In this document: piece after piece, positions 1-8,950 of the stretch | Layout of the letters: each line of letters opens with the position of its first letter | Position numbering within the stretch: position 1 is the first letter of the stretch | From: a virus | Strand: one strand, 5' to 3' | DNA: 64,000 bases | Virus record (IMG/VR): IMGVR_UViG_3300007609_000005 | Coordinates: 1 to 64,000 of that record | Notes under the pieces: generated by a model | The model's database searches: none | What the model was told of the DNA's origin: nothing | What the model saw: the letters and a program-made list of their open reading frames with translations, nothing else | Made by a program: the position numbers and the translations under genes

Positions 1-83
1 TTATAGATGACTATGAATATGGTATTAAAAATACTGATGGAACATATACCGTCATATCAGAAAAAAATATCATCAAACAATAA
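1..83 (+). CDS. 3' end of a hypothetical protein (partial)
   Basis: Open frame from position 3 (IDDYEYGIKNTDGTYTVISEKNIIKQ) ending TAA at 81-83. Confidence 0.5.
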   Translation, partial: IDDYEYGIKNTDGTYTVISEKNIIKQ

Positions 84-110
84 ATATACAGGAAATTCAT
101 TTTTTATTAT

Positions 111-118
111 TACCTTTG
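111..118 (+). promoter_or_regulatory. Bacteroidota-type -7 promoter box TAnnTTTG (representative copy)
   Basis: TACCTTTG 4 nt before ATG 123. The same box precedes starts at 2531, 2867, 4502, 24058, 35338, 36757, 41037, 53283, 55459, 56907, 60570 (+) and 10257, 17516, 18461, 21947 (-). Confidence 0.75.
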
Positions 119-122
119 TTAT

Positions 123-320
123 ATGGAAAATCCTAACAAAGACACATCCGACAAAACAGAAAAACTTTTAAATAGAGGTTTATATGAAATGAGAAGATTG
201 ATGAAAGTGACCAAGGATGCAGATAATGAATATGAACAAGGTGTGTATCTTGGTGCAAAAAGAGGCAGAGATACTATTAAAGAAATAATGGATGAACTTA
301 ATTTAGACTACCCCAAATAA
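123..320 (+). CDS. hypothetical protein
   Basis: 65 aa ORF directly after a TAnnTTTG box. Confidence 0.65.
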   Translation: MENPNKDTSDKTEKLLNRGLYEMRRLMKVTKDADNEYEQGVYLGAKRGRDTIKEIMDELNLDYPK

Positions 321-376
321 TTTAATATTTACCACATTTGTATAAACAAATGATCATAATATCAATATATAAGAAT

Positions 377-436
377 ATGAGCCAGACCCAGACTCACATA
401 CAACAATTGCAACAACAATTCGACACGAAAGGTTGA
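377..436 (+). CDS. Gln-rich attenuator leader peptide MSQTQTHIQQLQQQFDTKG
   Basis: 7 of 19 codons are Gln; lies upstream of the HAD-glnS operon and is followed by a terminator. Confidence 0.85.
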   Translation: MSQTQTHIQQLQQQFDTKG

Positions 437-461
437 ATGAAATGGGTATTGTTGTATATCC

Positions 462-495
462 AACCCATTCGACCTAACAGTTGAATGGGTTTTTT
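462..495 (+). terminator. attenuator terminator upstream of HAD/glnS
   Basis: AACCCATTCGAC-ctaaca-GTTGAATGGGTT hairpin followed by a T run; AATGGGT (441-447) is an alternative partner for ACCCATT (463-469). Confidence 0.85.
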
Positions 496-511
496 AGTCT
501 CATGAAATATA

Positions 512-961
512 ATGAAAGTGAAAACAGTACTACTTGATTTTGATGGTGTTATGGTTAAAAACCAACCTTGGAAAGTTATCCAAAGAGAAAGTGATGGGTT
601 TTACAGTTTTGACAAGAGTGCATTAAAACACCTTAAGCAAATACTAAATGAAACCAGAGCAATGATAACACTGATAACAACACACAAAACCAAATATACT
701 GATGAACAATGGGAAGAGATATTTAGAAGACGAGGAATTCAATGTAGAATAAAAAAGGCAAAAGAATTCGATTCAAGAATCGATGAAGTCGAAAATTGGT
801 ATAAAACAAGACCAACCGATCAATTTGTGATATTGGATGATGATAAGTCATTGAATGACCTAAGAAGTGAAATAAAAGAAAGGTTTGTTCTGATTGAATC
901 AGGAATCGGATTAACAAAAGAAAAAACAGAATTAGCAATAAAAATATTAAACGAAAAATGA
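512..961 (+). CDS. HAD-family phosphatase (RNA-repair-associated type)
   Basis: N-terminal LLDFDGV (DxDG) and FVILDDD motifs. Confidence 0.8.
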   Translation: MKVKTVLLDFDGVMVKNQPWKVIQRESDGFYSFDKSALKHLKQILNETRAMITLITTHKTKYTDEQWEEIFRRRGIQCRIKKAKEFDSRIDEVENWYKTRPTDQFVILDDDKSLNDLRSEIKERFVLIESGIGLTKEKTELAIKILNEK

Positions 962-2526
962 ATTTTATAGAAGAAAAAATAATTAACAAAAACAGAACGG
1001 AAAATATGGTACTTCGTTTTCCACCCGAACCAAATGGACACCTACACTTGGGTCATGCAAAATCACTATGTCTAAACTTTGGACTTGCAGAGAAATATGG
1101 TGGAAAGTGCATTTTGAGGTTTGACGATACCAACCCTGCAAAAGAATCAAATGAATATGTAAATTCAATGATCGAGGATGTTGAGTGGTTGGGTTTCACG
1201 CCTGACAAGATATCATACACATCCGATTACTTTGATGAGATATACGAATGTGCCTTAACATTGATAAGTAAAGGATTAGCATATGTCGACCACTCAACTT
1301 CTGAAGAAATTGCTGAGATGAAGGGAACACCAACAACACCAGGTAAGAACTCACCATATCGTAACAATTCCATAGATGAAAACACATATCTTTTCAAAAA
1401 GATGAGAAATGGGGGATACGGTGATAAAAAAGTTGTTCTCCGTGCAAAAATTGATATGGAAAGTCCCAATATGATATTGAGAGACCCCATCCTATACCGA
1501 ATGATCAATAAACCACATCATCGAACAGGAAATTATTGGTGTATCTACCCAATGTATGATATGGCACATCCCTTATGTGATTATTTCGAAGGTATTACAG
1601 ATTCCCTTTGTACATTGGAATTTGAAGTACATAGACCATTATATAATTGGATATTGAACAATTCAGACCTCGTGGGTAACTTACCAGAGGAAACTGAGTT
1701 TTCCCGATTGAATGTCAATGGACATGTTATGAGCAAAAGGATATTCAATGGTCTGATCGATGAAAATAAAGTAGAAGGATGGAATGACCCAAGGTTATTA
1801 ACTATCAAGGGCTTGAAGAAAAGGGGATTCACACCTGAATCCATAAAGGATTTCTGTGATCGGGTGGGTGTTTCAAAACGTGAGGCATCCATTGATGTAG
1901 AATTATTGGAAGAGTGTCTTAGAATTGAATTAAACAAGTCCTCTGACCGTGTTATGGGTGTATTCGACCCGATCAAACTAACCATTTCCAATTGGGAAAG
2001 TGGTACTGAAATGGTAACCATCGAAAATAACCCCGGAGACGAAACAAAGGGTACAAGAGAAGTTCCATTCTCAGGAAATATATTCATTGAACGAGATGAT
2101 TTCAGAGAAGAAGCCAACCGAAAATACCACAGACTTAAACTTGGACACGAAGTTAGGTTAAAGGGTGCATACATAATTAAGGCAGAGTCTGTTATCAAAG
2201 ATAAAAATGGCGATGTCACTGAGGTCATATGCACATATGACCCAGAAACTCGTTCAGGGAACTGCGATAGAAAAATCAAGGGAACCATCCATTGGGTTTC
2301 AAGTGATGACTGTATAAAAATTCCTACATATTCATACGGAACCCCATTCATTGATAATGAATTCAATGAGGATTCCGAATTGATAAACAACAACTCAGTA
2401 TTTGAACCAAGAGTTCTTGAAATAGAAAATGGAGTAAGTGTTCAAATGATGAGGAAGGGTTATTATGTCAAAGATAATGATCGATTTATAAAGACTGTGG
2501 ATCTGAGATCATCATTCAAAATATAA
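958..2526 (+). CDS. glnS: glutaminyl-tRNA synthetase
   Basis: RFPPEPNGHLHLGHAKS (HIGH), LRFDDTNP, WCIYPMYD, LCTLEF, VMSKR (KMSKS equivalent), KGTIHWVS. Confidence 0.96.
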   Translation: MNFIEEKIINKNRTENMVLRFPPEPNGHLHLGHAKSLCLNFGLAEKYGGKCILRFDDTNPAKESNEYVNSMIEDVEWLGFTPDKISYTSDYFDEIYECALTLISKGLAYVDHSTSEEIAEMKGTPTTPGKNSPYRNNSIDENTYLFKKMRNGGYGDKKVVLRAKIDMESPNMILRDPILYRMINKPHHRTGNYWCIYPMYDMAHPLCDYFEGITDSLCTLEFEVHRPLYNWILNNSDLVGNLPEETEFSRLNVNGHVMSKRIFNGLIDENKVEGWNDPRLLTIKGLKKRGFTPESIKDFCDRVGVSKREASIDVELLEECLRIELNKSSDRVMGVFDPIKLTISNWESGTEMVTIENNPGDETKGTREVPFSGNIFIERDDFREEANRKYHRLKLGHEVRLKGAYIIKAESVIKDKNGDVTEVICTYDPETRSGNCDRKIKGTIHWVSSDDCIKIPTYSYGTPFIDNEFNEDSELINNNSVFEPRVLEIENGVSVQMMRKGYYVKDNDRFIKTVDLRSSFKI

Positions 2527-2540
2527 ATCGTATATTTGTG

Positions 2541-2747
2541 AATGAGAGGTGGAAGAGATGGTATCGCTGGCAACAGAGGAACTTCATGACTGCCAAACCT
2601 AACGTGGGAGATTTAACCAATCGTTTGTACCACGGAAGCAGCAACTAAAACAGACCTAGTGTGTCGGTTTCACTATGATGGTCAGGTATAGGCAAAGATA
2701 AATGATACCTTAAAACAGAATCATGGGTAAGCTCACCACCTCTCATT
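2541..2747 (+). ncRNA. rnpB: minimal RNase P RNA
   Basis: P1 AATGAGAGGTGG/CCACCTCTCATT; P2 GGTATC/GATACC; P3 CTG-GCAA-CAG; GAGGAA-ACT[T]CATGA pairs with TCATGGGT after AAACAGAA (P4 with bulged U); AGATAAATGA segment; TAnnTTTG box at 2531. Confidence 0.85.
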
Positions 2748-2857
2748 TAACTAAATATAAAATTAGGAAATATAAGCAAACCTATCACTCAGACACAATT
2801 AAGAAAGAAATTCTTAAAGAAATAAGGAAAATGAAACTAAACAACCTCCTAAACTAA
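2723..2857 (+). CDS. possible 44-aa basic peptide or gene remnant with the C-terminal RxxKLxxLL tag
   Basis: MGKLTT...KEIRKMKLNNLLN; its ATG lies inside the RNase P P4 3' strand. Confidence 0.35.
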   Translation: MGKLTTSHLTKYKIRKYKQTYHSDTIKKEILKEIRKMKLNNLLN

Positions 2858-2878
2858 ATAAAATAGTATATTTGTATT

Positions 2879-3583
2879 ATGAAAATAGAAGAAATAGATC
2901 TATCATATATTTTTGATTATGTTTCATGGAGTAATGATTGCACTTGTGGTGATGATTATTGTCGGTGTCAAGAAATATTAGACCCAGAGATAACCAATTA
3001 TGAAAATTCTAAATTGGTCAATATCATCATATCAGATATATATAACCCAAATACACCACAAGGTCAAAGGAATAACAAATTATCAAAGATTCTGAACAAT
3101 CAAATAATAGTAGAGTATGCTATTCACCGAATTGTTAGTTTGGGAAATATTAAAAATGGGGATGATGATTGGGATTTTAATATTGAATGGGGGTATTATG
3201 GACAAGAAATGACATCAATTAATCTTTGTCCCAGTGTTGCTCGACCACTATCCGAAAAAATTGACAAAATATTATCACTGAAAACCACTAAAGAAATAAT
3301 AGATTATTCTATGGAACTCGAATATGGAAGTTTATCCAAAGATTCAATGAGATGCAAAGATTATAAGGTCATCAAAATATCACATAGTGAATTAGACAAT
3401 AAAAGTATCAACGAAAACCACCTCAATAAAATCGAAAGAGGACTTTATTCTGATTATCCAAAAAATCTACCAAGGGGTATTGTGAAAAAGAATTCACGTG
3501 GATATGTTATCGTAGATGGCTACCATAGAATATTCGATGTCCCTAGTAACAAAGAGTTTATGGTTTATTCAATGAAATTTTAA
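2879..3583 (+). CDS. hypothetical protein with C-terminal ParB/Srx-like motif
   Basis: YVIVDGYHR motif; Cys-rich N-terminus. Confidence 0.6.
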   Translation: MKIEEIDLSYIFDYVSWSNDCTCGDDYCRCQEILDPEITNYENSKLVNIIISDIYNPNTPQGQRNNKLSKILNNQIIVEYAIHRIVSLGNIKNGDDDWDFNIEWGYYGQEMTSINLCPSVARPLSEKIDKILSLKTTKEIIDYSMELEYGSLSKDSMRCKDYKVIKISHSELDNKSINENHLNKIERGLYSDYPKNLPRGIVKKNSRGYVIVDGYHRIFDVPSNKEFMVYSMKF

Positions 3584-3963
3584 TGGATATTATCTACATC
3601 ATATTTTTCATCTATATGGTAACTGAACTGTCATCGGTTTTCATATTAAACACAACATGGTACGAAAAATTTAAATTCATGGCACTGTGTAAAGAATTCC
3701 TAGATGAAAATTTGGATCAGGTATTCACATATAAACTCAATTTTCTTTTCGTTGAATCTAATGGCATATTTGGAACACATTATCAAAATGAACTGAGTAT
3801 TCACCTCAAAGGACATGAACCACTCTATATTACTATAGTTGTAGAAGATGGACAAGTAAATAATAAAAAAAAGATATTGGATTCCATAAAAGAACATTTC
3901 AACAAATCAAAAATAATTAAAGAGAATAGAAATATCACATTAAAAAACATATTAAATGATTGA
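3583..3963 (+). CDS. hypothetical membrane-anchored protein (C-tag)
   Basis: Hydrophobic N-terminus; ends RNITLKNILND. Confidence 0.65.
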   Translation: MDIIYIIFFIYMVTELSSVFILNTTWYEKFKFMALCKEFLDENLDQVFTYKLNFLFVESNGIFGTHYQNELSIHLKGHEPLYITIVVEDGQVNNKKKILDSIKEHFNKSKIIKENRNITLKNILND

Positions 3964-4477
3964 AAAAAGAGAAAATGTATATGAAGGATTTCTTACCGTT
4001 GAAGCACTGGATGTGAAAACTGAATCAGGTGCAACGGTTAGGAGAGAAGTTATGAAAAGACCTGATGCAGTGGCGGCACTCGTATATGACAGAACCAAGG
4101 AGAAATTCATATTTGTTGAACAATTCAGACCTGGTGTGGGTGATAAAATCACAGAAATTGTTGCAGGGACACTCGATAAACCCAACGAAGACCCAAAAAA
4201 AGCCATCAATAGAGAAATTCTCGAAGAAATAGGATATGGAGAAGGTATTATCACTGAGATAGGCAATTATTATGTATCACCTGGTGCTAACACCGAACAA
4301 GTAAGGATATATTGCATTGAAGTTTCTGATAAAATAGAGGCAGGTGGTGGTCTTCCAGAAGAACACGAGGAAATCAATATAATTGAAATGGATACGTATG
4401 AAATGACCAATTATGAATTCAAAGATATGAAGACTGTAGTTGCCGTAGAGTGGTATATTCAAAACAAACTATTATAA
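3956..4477 (+). CDS. NUDIX hydrolase (ADP-ribose pyrophosphatase-like)
   Basis: QFRP and Nudix box AGTLDKPNEDPKKAINREILEEIGY; SPG; EHEEI. Confidence 0.9.
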   Translation: MIEKRENVYEGFLTVEALDVKTESGATVRREVMKRPDAVAALVYDRTKEKFIFVEQFRPGVGDKITEIVAGTLDKPNEDPKKAINREILEEIGYGEGIITEIGNYYVSPGANTEQVRIYCIEVSDKIEAGGGLPEEHEEINIIEMDTYEMTNYEFKDMKTVVAVEWYIQNKLL

Positions 4478-4516
4478 ATCTCATATATAAAATAAAATTT
4501 GTAACTTTGTGGTATT

Positions 4517-5038
4517 ATGAACACACGAAGAATCATAAAATTATTGGAAGGTCTTGACAAACCTTGGGTAATGGTGTTGATCGGACCTCCATTAAGTGGG
4601 AAAACTACATTCATAAAAAATGTATTGACTGAACAAGAATTCACCCATGTATCATATGATAATATGATTATGGAATTGGACCCTATCCAAGATGGTGATT
4701 ATGAACGTGCATGGAAACAGACCAATTGGAAAATGGTCAACAAAGCATGTAAAAGCCTTATGAGAAAATGCAACGAGAACCGTGAAAATGCTGTTATTGA
4801 TTACACTAACATGAATTCTAAAAGACGACAGTCCAATCTTAGTTTTTTTGACAAAGAATATTATAAGATTGCAGTAAAGTTTCCTATTCTCGAAATGGAA
4901 GAATATAGAGAACGTAATAGAATTCGTATGAGAACCGAATCTAAGATAATATCAGATGATACTATCGAGTTTTTCCTAAAACAGTACAATCCCATCAACC
5001 CAAAGATGGAGAAGTTTGATAAAGTGATAGAACTTTAA
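4517..5038 (+). CDS. P-loop kinase (AAA_33 / polynucleotide kinase-like)
   Basis: GPPLSGKTT Walker A; VIDYTNMNSKRR. Confidence 0.8.
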   Translation: MNTRRIIKLLEGLDKPWVMVLIGPPLSGKTTFIKNVLTEQEFTHVSYDNMIMELDPIQDGDYERAWKQTNWKMVNKACKSLMRKCNENRENAVIDYTNMNSKRRQSNLSFFDKEYYKIAVKFPILEMEEYRERNRIRMRTESKIISDDTIEFFLKQYNPINPKMEKFDKVIEL

Positions 5039-5049
5039 ATCACAAGAAA

Positions 5050-5373
5050 ATGACAAATAAATTAAGTAAGACACTATATATCTTCATAGATAAAAAAAGA
5101 GAAACGGTTGATAGGTTTGAAACCGACCAACCACTGAACATAAATGAGAATGGCTATATCTATATCGATATGGAAAGGATTCTTATTATCAATAAAGAAA
5201 GACCAAAAATATTTATATTCAAAAATATAAATACCATTGTATATGAATATGATGTTAGTGACATTCTTCAGCCGGGAGATATCGAAAAAATGAATCCCGA
5301 TATAACCAAAGAAGTAGATGACCTCATACGAGCAGATAAATTGGCTTCCATTCTACATGAAGAGATAGGTTGA
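5050..5373 (+). CDS. hypothetical protein (C-tag)
   Basis: Ends IRADKLASILHEEIG. Confidence 0.65.
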   Translation: MTNKLSKTLYIFIDKKRETVDRFETDQPLNINENGYIYIDMERILIINKERPKIFIFKNINTIVYEYDVSDILQPGDIEKMNPDITKEVDDLIRADKLASILHEEIG

Positions 5374-5401
5374 TTTAAAATATTTTTTGTAACTTTATAC
5401 T

Positions 5402-5665
5402 ATGGAAAACATATTCAACAAATTATGGAAAGTGGGATTGGTAATTATCGTATTGACAATTGCCTTCGGTGGAATAGTGTTGATCACAATTTCTACACTT
5501 TCAGCATTCATAGTCCTTGGAACATATGGTTATTCACTAATGACCAACCAAGATTATGAAATGGTGTGTCATCATTCGAATTTCATATGGAATATGAACC
5601 AGTGGGGTAAAGCAACATTACTAATATGTAGTGTGGTTCTCTTAATTGGTTTTGCCATAGTTTGA
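5402..5665 (+). CDS. hypothetical membrane protein
   Basis: Two hydrophobic segments. Confidence 0.6.
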   Translation: MENIFNKLWKVGLVIIVLTIAFGGIVLITISTLSAFIVLGTYGYSLMTNQDYEMVCHHSNFIWNMNQWGKATLLICSVVLLIGFAIV

Positions 5666-5666
5666 T

Positions 5667-6014
5667 ATGTTCAAAAAACCGAAAATAGAGGTTTATGGAT
5701 TTGAATATAATTGTGTTACAGACATTATCGATCCTCTATGTAGGAAAGATATATCCACATGCCGCCAAGCAATCCAAAGAAGACTCACCACACACAATGC
5801 ATATGCATTGATACTCAAAAGCAGAGTTATTGTTTGGGTAAAAACAAAATATATTCAACAACTATTCAACTCACCAGAAACGTTATACACCTACAATGAC
5901 CATTTTAATATGGATTCTGATGAAGAACACAAATTAATATGGAGTGCCATATGTAAAGGTCTTAGAAAAGAACACAGGTCAAATATAATATCTAAACTAT
6001 TGAACAATGAATAA
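5667..6014 (+). CDS. hypothetical protein (C-tag)
   Basis: Ends RSNIISKLLNNE. Confidence 0.6.
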   Translation: MFKKPKIEVYGFEYNCVTDIIDPLCRKDISTCRQAIQRRLTTHNAYALILKSRVIVWVKTKYIQQLFNSPETLYTYNDHFNMDSDEEHKLIWSAICKGLRKEHRSNIISKLLNNE

Positions 6015-6615
6015 TACCAAAGAACCACTACACTTTATAAAATACTTTATTATAGAGAATAAAGGCAGATTTATTATTGGAATCATCCTATCAATAATAT
6101 TCTGTGGTCTACTAAAATCAGAATTTAAAACACACCCACACGAACTCATCTATCAATATGAACACAATGATAAAAAAATGGTTCATTATTACGATGTGGT
6201 ATGGGAAACATACGAAACAGTAAAATACCCTAGCAAAACAATGGGTTGGGTGGATGAAGATAATAACACATTTCATTATTTCACACTAACCAAACCACAA
6301 TTTATATTCAGTATTATTGGGGTTTTTCTTCTCATATTTTGGGCAATGTCCTTATTCTTAGAAGACTGGGATATCAGAAAATGTCGTATTGATGCAGGTA
6401 TTAAACATGTTAAGACATTTGAAGAAGATGGTACTATCTATTACCGTTACAAAGGGAAATTATTACACACAACCAGTTACATTATGAACCCATATGAGGT
6501 GAGGGATTTAATAGGTAATTTCTATGATTCTTCACCAAATATGTACCCGGATTTCGAAATGCCTAAACGAAAATTGAGAAACCACCGACTTGGTGAGATA
6601 TTAGATGAAAAATGA
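6007..6615 (+). CDS. hypothetical membrane protein (C-tag)
   Basis: Two TM-like stretches; ends RNHRLGEILDEK. Confidence 0.65.
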   Translation: MNNTKEPLHFIKYFIIENKGRFIIGIILSIIFCGLLKSEFKTHPHELIYQYEHNDKKMVHYYDVVWETYETVKYPSKTMGWVDEDNNTFHYFTLTKPQFIFSIIGVFLLIFWAMSLFLEDWDIRKCRIDAGIKHVKTFEEDGTIYYRYKGKLLHTTSYIMNPYEVRDLIGNFYDSSPNMYPDFEMPKRKLRNHRLGEILDEK

Positions 6616-6627
6616 CATATGATGTCT

Positions 6628-6636
6628 TAATATATA
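6628..6636 (+). promoter_or_regulatory. putative phage late promoter TAATATATA (representative copy)
   Basis: Recurs shortly before starts at 6628, 10929, 12720, 48514 and near-match 18493 (+), and as TATATATTA at 17387, 19909, 24028, 33894, 40973, 44687, 48457, 52742, 60524, 62714 (-); resembles the T4 late promoter TATAAATA. Confidence 0.65.
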
Positions 6637-6640
6637 AACT

Positions 6641-8944
6641 ATGATACGTAATTATTCACAGTTTATAAAAGAGAGTCAATCTAAAAAAATAAGTAAATAT
6701 GTCGATTTTTCCACTTTTTTAAAGTGGTATAATGAAAACCGCAAAAAGATTGCAAACATATTGGAAGTTGATTCATCAGAACTGGCGACAGAAGATGAAA
6801 TCCTAAAACAATCATCTGACCTTATTGAGAAAATAATAAACAGACAAAGTTCTGGAAATTATGGAAGAGAGGGCACAAAAGGAGATTTGGATGGGTTCAA
6901 TGCATTCGAACCACTCACAAACCACATTGCCCACGACATCTTACACAACATCTATAATGTAACTAAGAAGAACTTTGATAATTACGATGAATATGACTTC
7001 AATGAAAGTGAAAATATCGAAGAAATAGAAGTCCTTGCAATTGAAGAATCTCTTATGAAGTATTTTAAGATGGATTATGTTAAATCCGACTTTGTACACC
7101 AAAACATAAATAGGCTTGTTGGATTCCTTATGATGACCATTATCCAAAATGATCCCCAAAGGATTTTAGACATACTAGATGGGAAAATAGAACCATATGT
7201 AGAAGTATATGATGAAAAATATCCAATAAAGGGAACTCCGTTTGAAAATCTTTATGAAATAATTCATCAAATACCAATTGATCCTGTAAGAAAACCAGAC
7301 ACAATTAAAAATGGCCAAGATTTCAAAGATTGGCTTGGGTATATGAAACTCTATAGTGATGCCATTGATTACGAAGAGAATTCTGATAGGGCAAACTTCC
7401 CATATTCAGACTTTTTGGGAGCAAAACAAATGCACGAATTGACAGATGAAGAATTTGAAGAATTTGTAGGCTATGATCATACCACATATGACGAAGATCA
7501 CTTCGAGGGTGCAGACTTTGGATATGACCTAGTTATCCGTGATATGGTAATATCAGAATGGCCTGATTTACCCGGGAGTATATCAGATGTTTTTGATTTA
7601 CAGAAAAAAGTTGAAACAGATGATATACCCAAAAAACTGAAAGATGAAATCGATGTTCTTAAAAATGATAGATACTCTAATTGGACCAGATTCGAATTTC
7701 AACAAGCATATAAAGTCGATGCAGATGATGATGATCATAATCTATTCTCGGACAATTCTGAGTGGTTATTGATATTCGAAGATTCAGACGACACTTTATA
7801 TAAAACATATGACGGTGATTTCAATGAATTAGATACAAAAGTAGGCATATATGACGATGTTACTATGACCGATCTCTGCATAACTGATATGTCATTAGAA
7901 GAAAGTTATTGGGAGGTTCAATGGGATTATATAAAGGATATCGAGGAAGAAATTGATTTTGACCATCACACCGATGATATTGAAACAAATACCGGAAGTA
8001 TGAAGTACACAGATACCTTACGTGCATTGACAAGAAGATATTTCAGATATAATGATGTCCTTGTAAACAATACCAAAATAAAACAAAAGGGTGGGAATTA
8101 CACATTCATCAAAGATTCTTTGTTTGATAATTATAAATCATTAAGTAAAAACCCACTTACAGAAAACGCCAAAAGGTTGATAAGAATTTTCAATGAATTC
8201 AGAGGTTGGACAATTAAAAACTTTGACATGTTGAAGAAAACCCACAAAAAAGTAAAATCTGTATTCAGTAAAGAAGACCTTGAATTAATCGCACAATACG
8301 AAACAAATATTAGAATTATAAAATTCAACATATACAACAACCTAGACAAAATAGAGAAATATACTAATGCTAAAGTTGAGGCAAAATTGAGTGAAGTTGC
8401 CAGCCTTTTCAGTAAAAGTTCAAATGTCAAGGGCACAATTGATACATTTAAAAAATACCAAAAATTATTCAATCAATTTGACAGTGAAATTATATTCAAT
8501 TATCTTAAGAGAGTTCCAAACTTAAATATAGAAAATGTCAAAAAAGATATACATAGATTTGATGATATGTTTGTCCAAAAATTCATCGAAGATTACGAAA
8601 AATGTTATGACAAGTTCATTAACATATCAGATATCGAAGAACACCGTGACGAACTTTTCAAAAAACTTATGGAATTCACAAAAGAGTTTGGTAACCAAAA
8701 TATTGGTCATATCCGTTTTTATACGAAACTCCGAGAGCTTAACATCAAAAAAGAAAATTTCAATGATTTAATAGATATGTATGAATCATTTATAAAAAAC
8801 AAATGTCCGAATTTGGATATTGAAATAGAACGAAGTAGAATAGAACCCATATACAAGGATGAAATACTAGAGGCTATAAATACGGGTGATAATGTATTTT
8901 ACAGTGTCGAATGCTACAAAAGTTTCATTTACATAATCAAATAA
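6641..8944 (+). CDS. large acidic hypothetical protein (N-tag), possible virion internal protein
   Basis: 767 aa; starts MIRNYSQFIKES; HDILH...EVLAIEE could be a zincin-like site. Confidence 0.7.
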   Translation: MIRNYSQFIKESQSKKISKYVDFSTFLKWYNENRKKIANILEVDSSELATEDEILKQSSDLIEKIINRQSSGNYGREGTKGDLDGFNAFEPLTNHIAHDILHNIYNVTKKNFDNYDEYDFNESENIEEIEVLAIEESLMKYFKMDYVKSDFVHQNINRLVGFLMMTIIQNDPQRILDILDGKIEPYVEVYDEKYPIKGTPFENLYEIIHQIPIDPVRKPDTIKNGQDFKDWLGYMKLYSDAIDYEENSDRANFPYSDFLGAKQMHELTDEEFEEFVGYDHTTYDEDHFEGADFGYDLVIRDMVISEWPDLPGSISDVFDLQKKVETDDIPKKLKDEIDVLKNDRYSNWTRFEFQQAYKVDADDDDHNLFSDNSEWLLIFEDSDDTLYKTYDGDFNELDTKVGIYDDVTMTDLCITDMSLEESYWEVQWDYIKDIEEEIDFDHHTDDIETNTGSMKYTDTLRALTRRYFRYNDVLVNNTKIKQKGGNYTFIKDSLFDNYKSLSKNPLTENAKRLIRIFNEFRGWTIKNFDMLKKTHKKVKSVFSKEDLELIAQYETNIRIIKFNIYNNLDKIEKYTNAKVEAKLSEVASLFSKSSNVKGTIDTFKKYQKLFNQFDSEIIFNYLKRVPNLNIENVKKDIHRFDDMFVQKFIEDYEKCYDKFINISDIEEHRDELFKKLMEFTKEFGNQNIGHIRFYTKLRELNIKKENFNDLIDMYESFIKNKCPNLDIEIERSRIEPIYKDEILEAINTGDNVFYSVECYKSFIYIIK

Positions 8945-8950
8945 AGAGAC

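Noticed and set aside
1581-2393. 270-aa antisense ORF (and similar ones at 10860-11495 and 38008-38382)
   Set aside because: They lie antisense to clear genes, are Ser/Leu/Phe-rich and show no motifs
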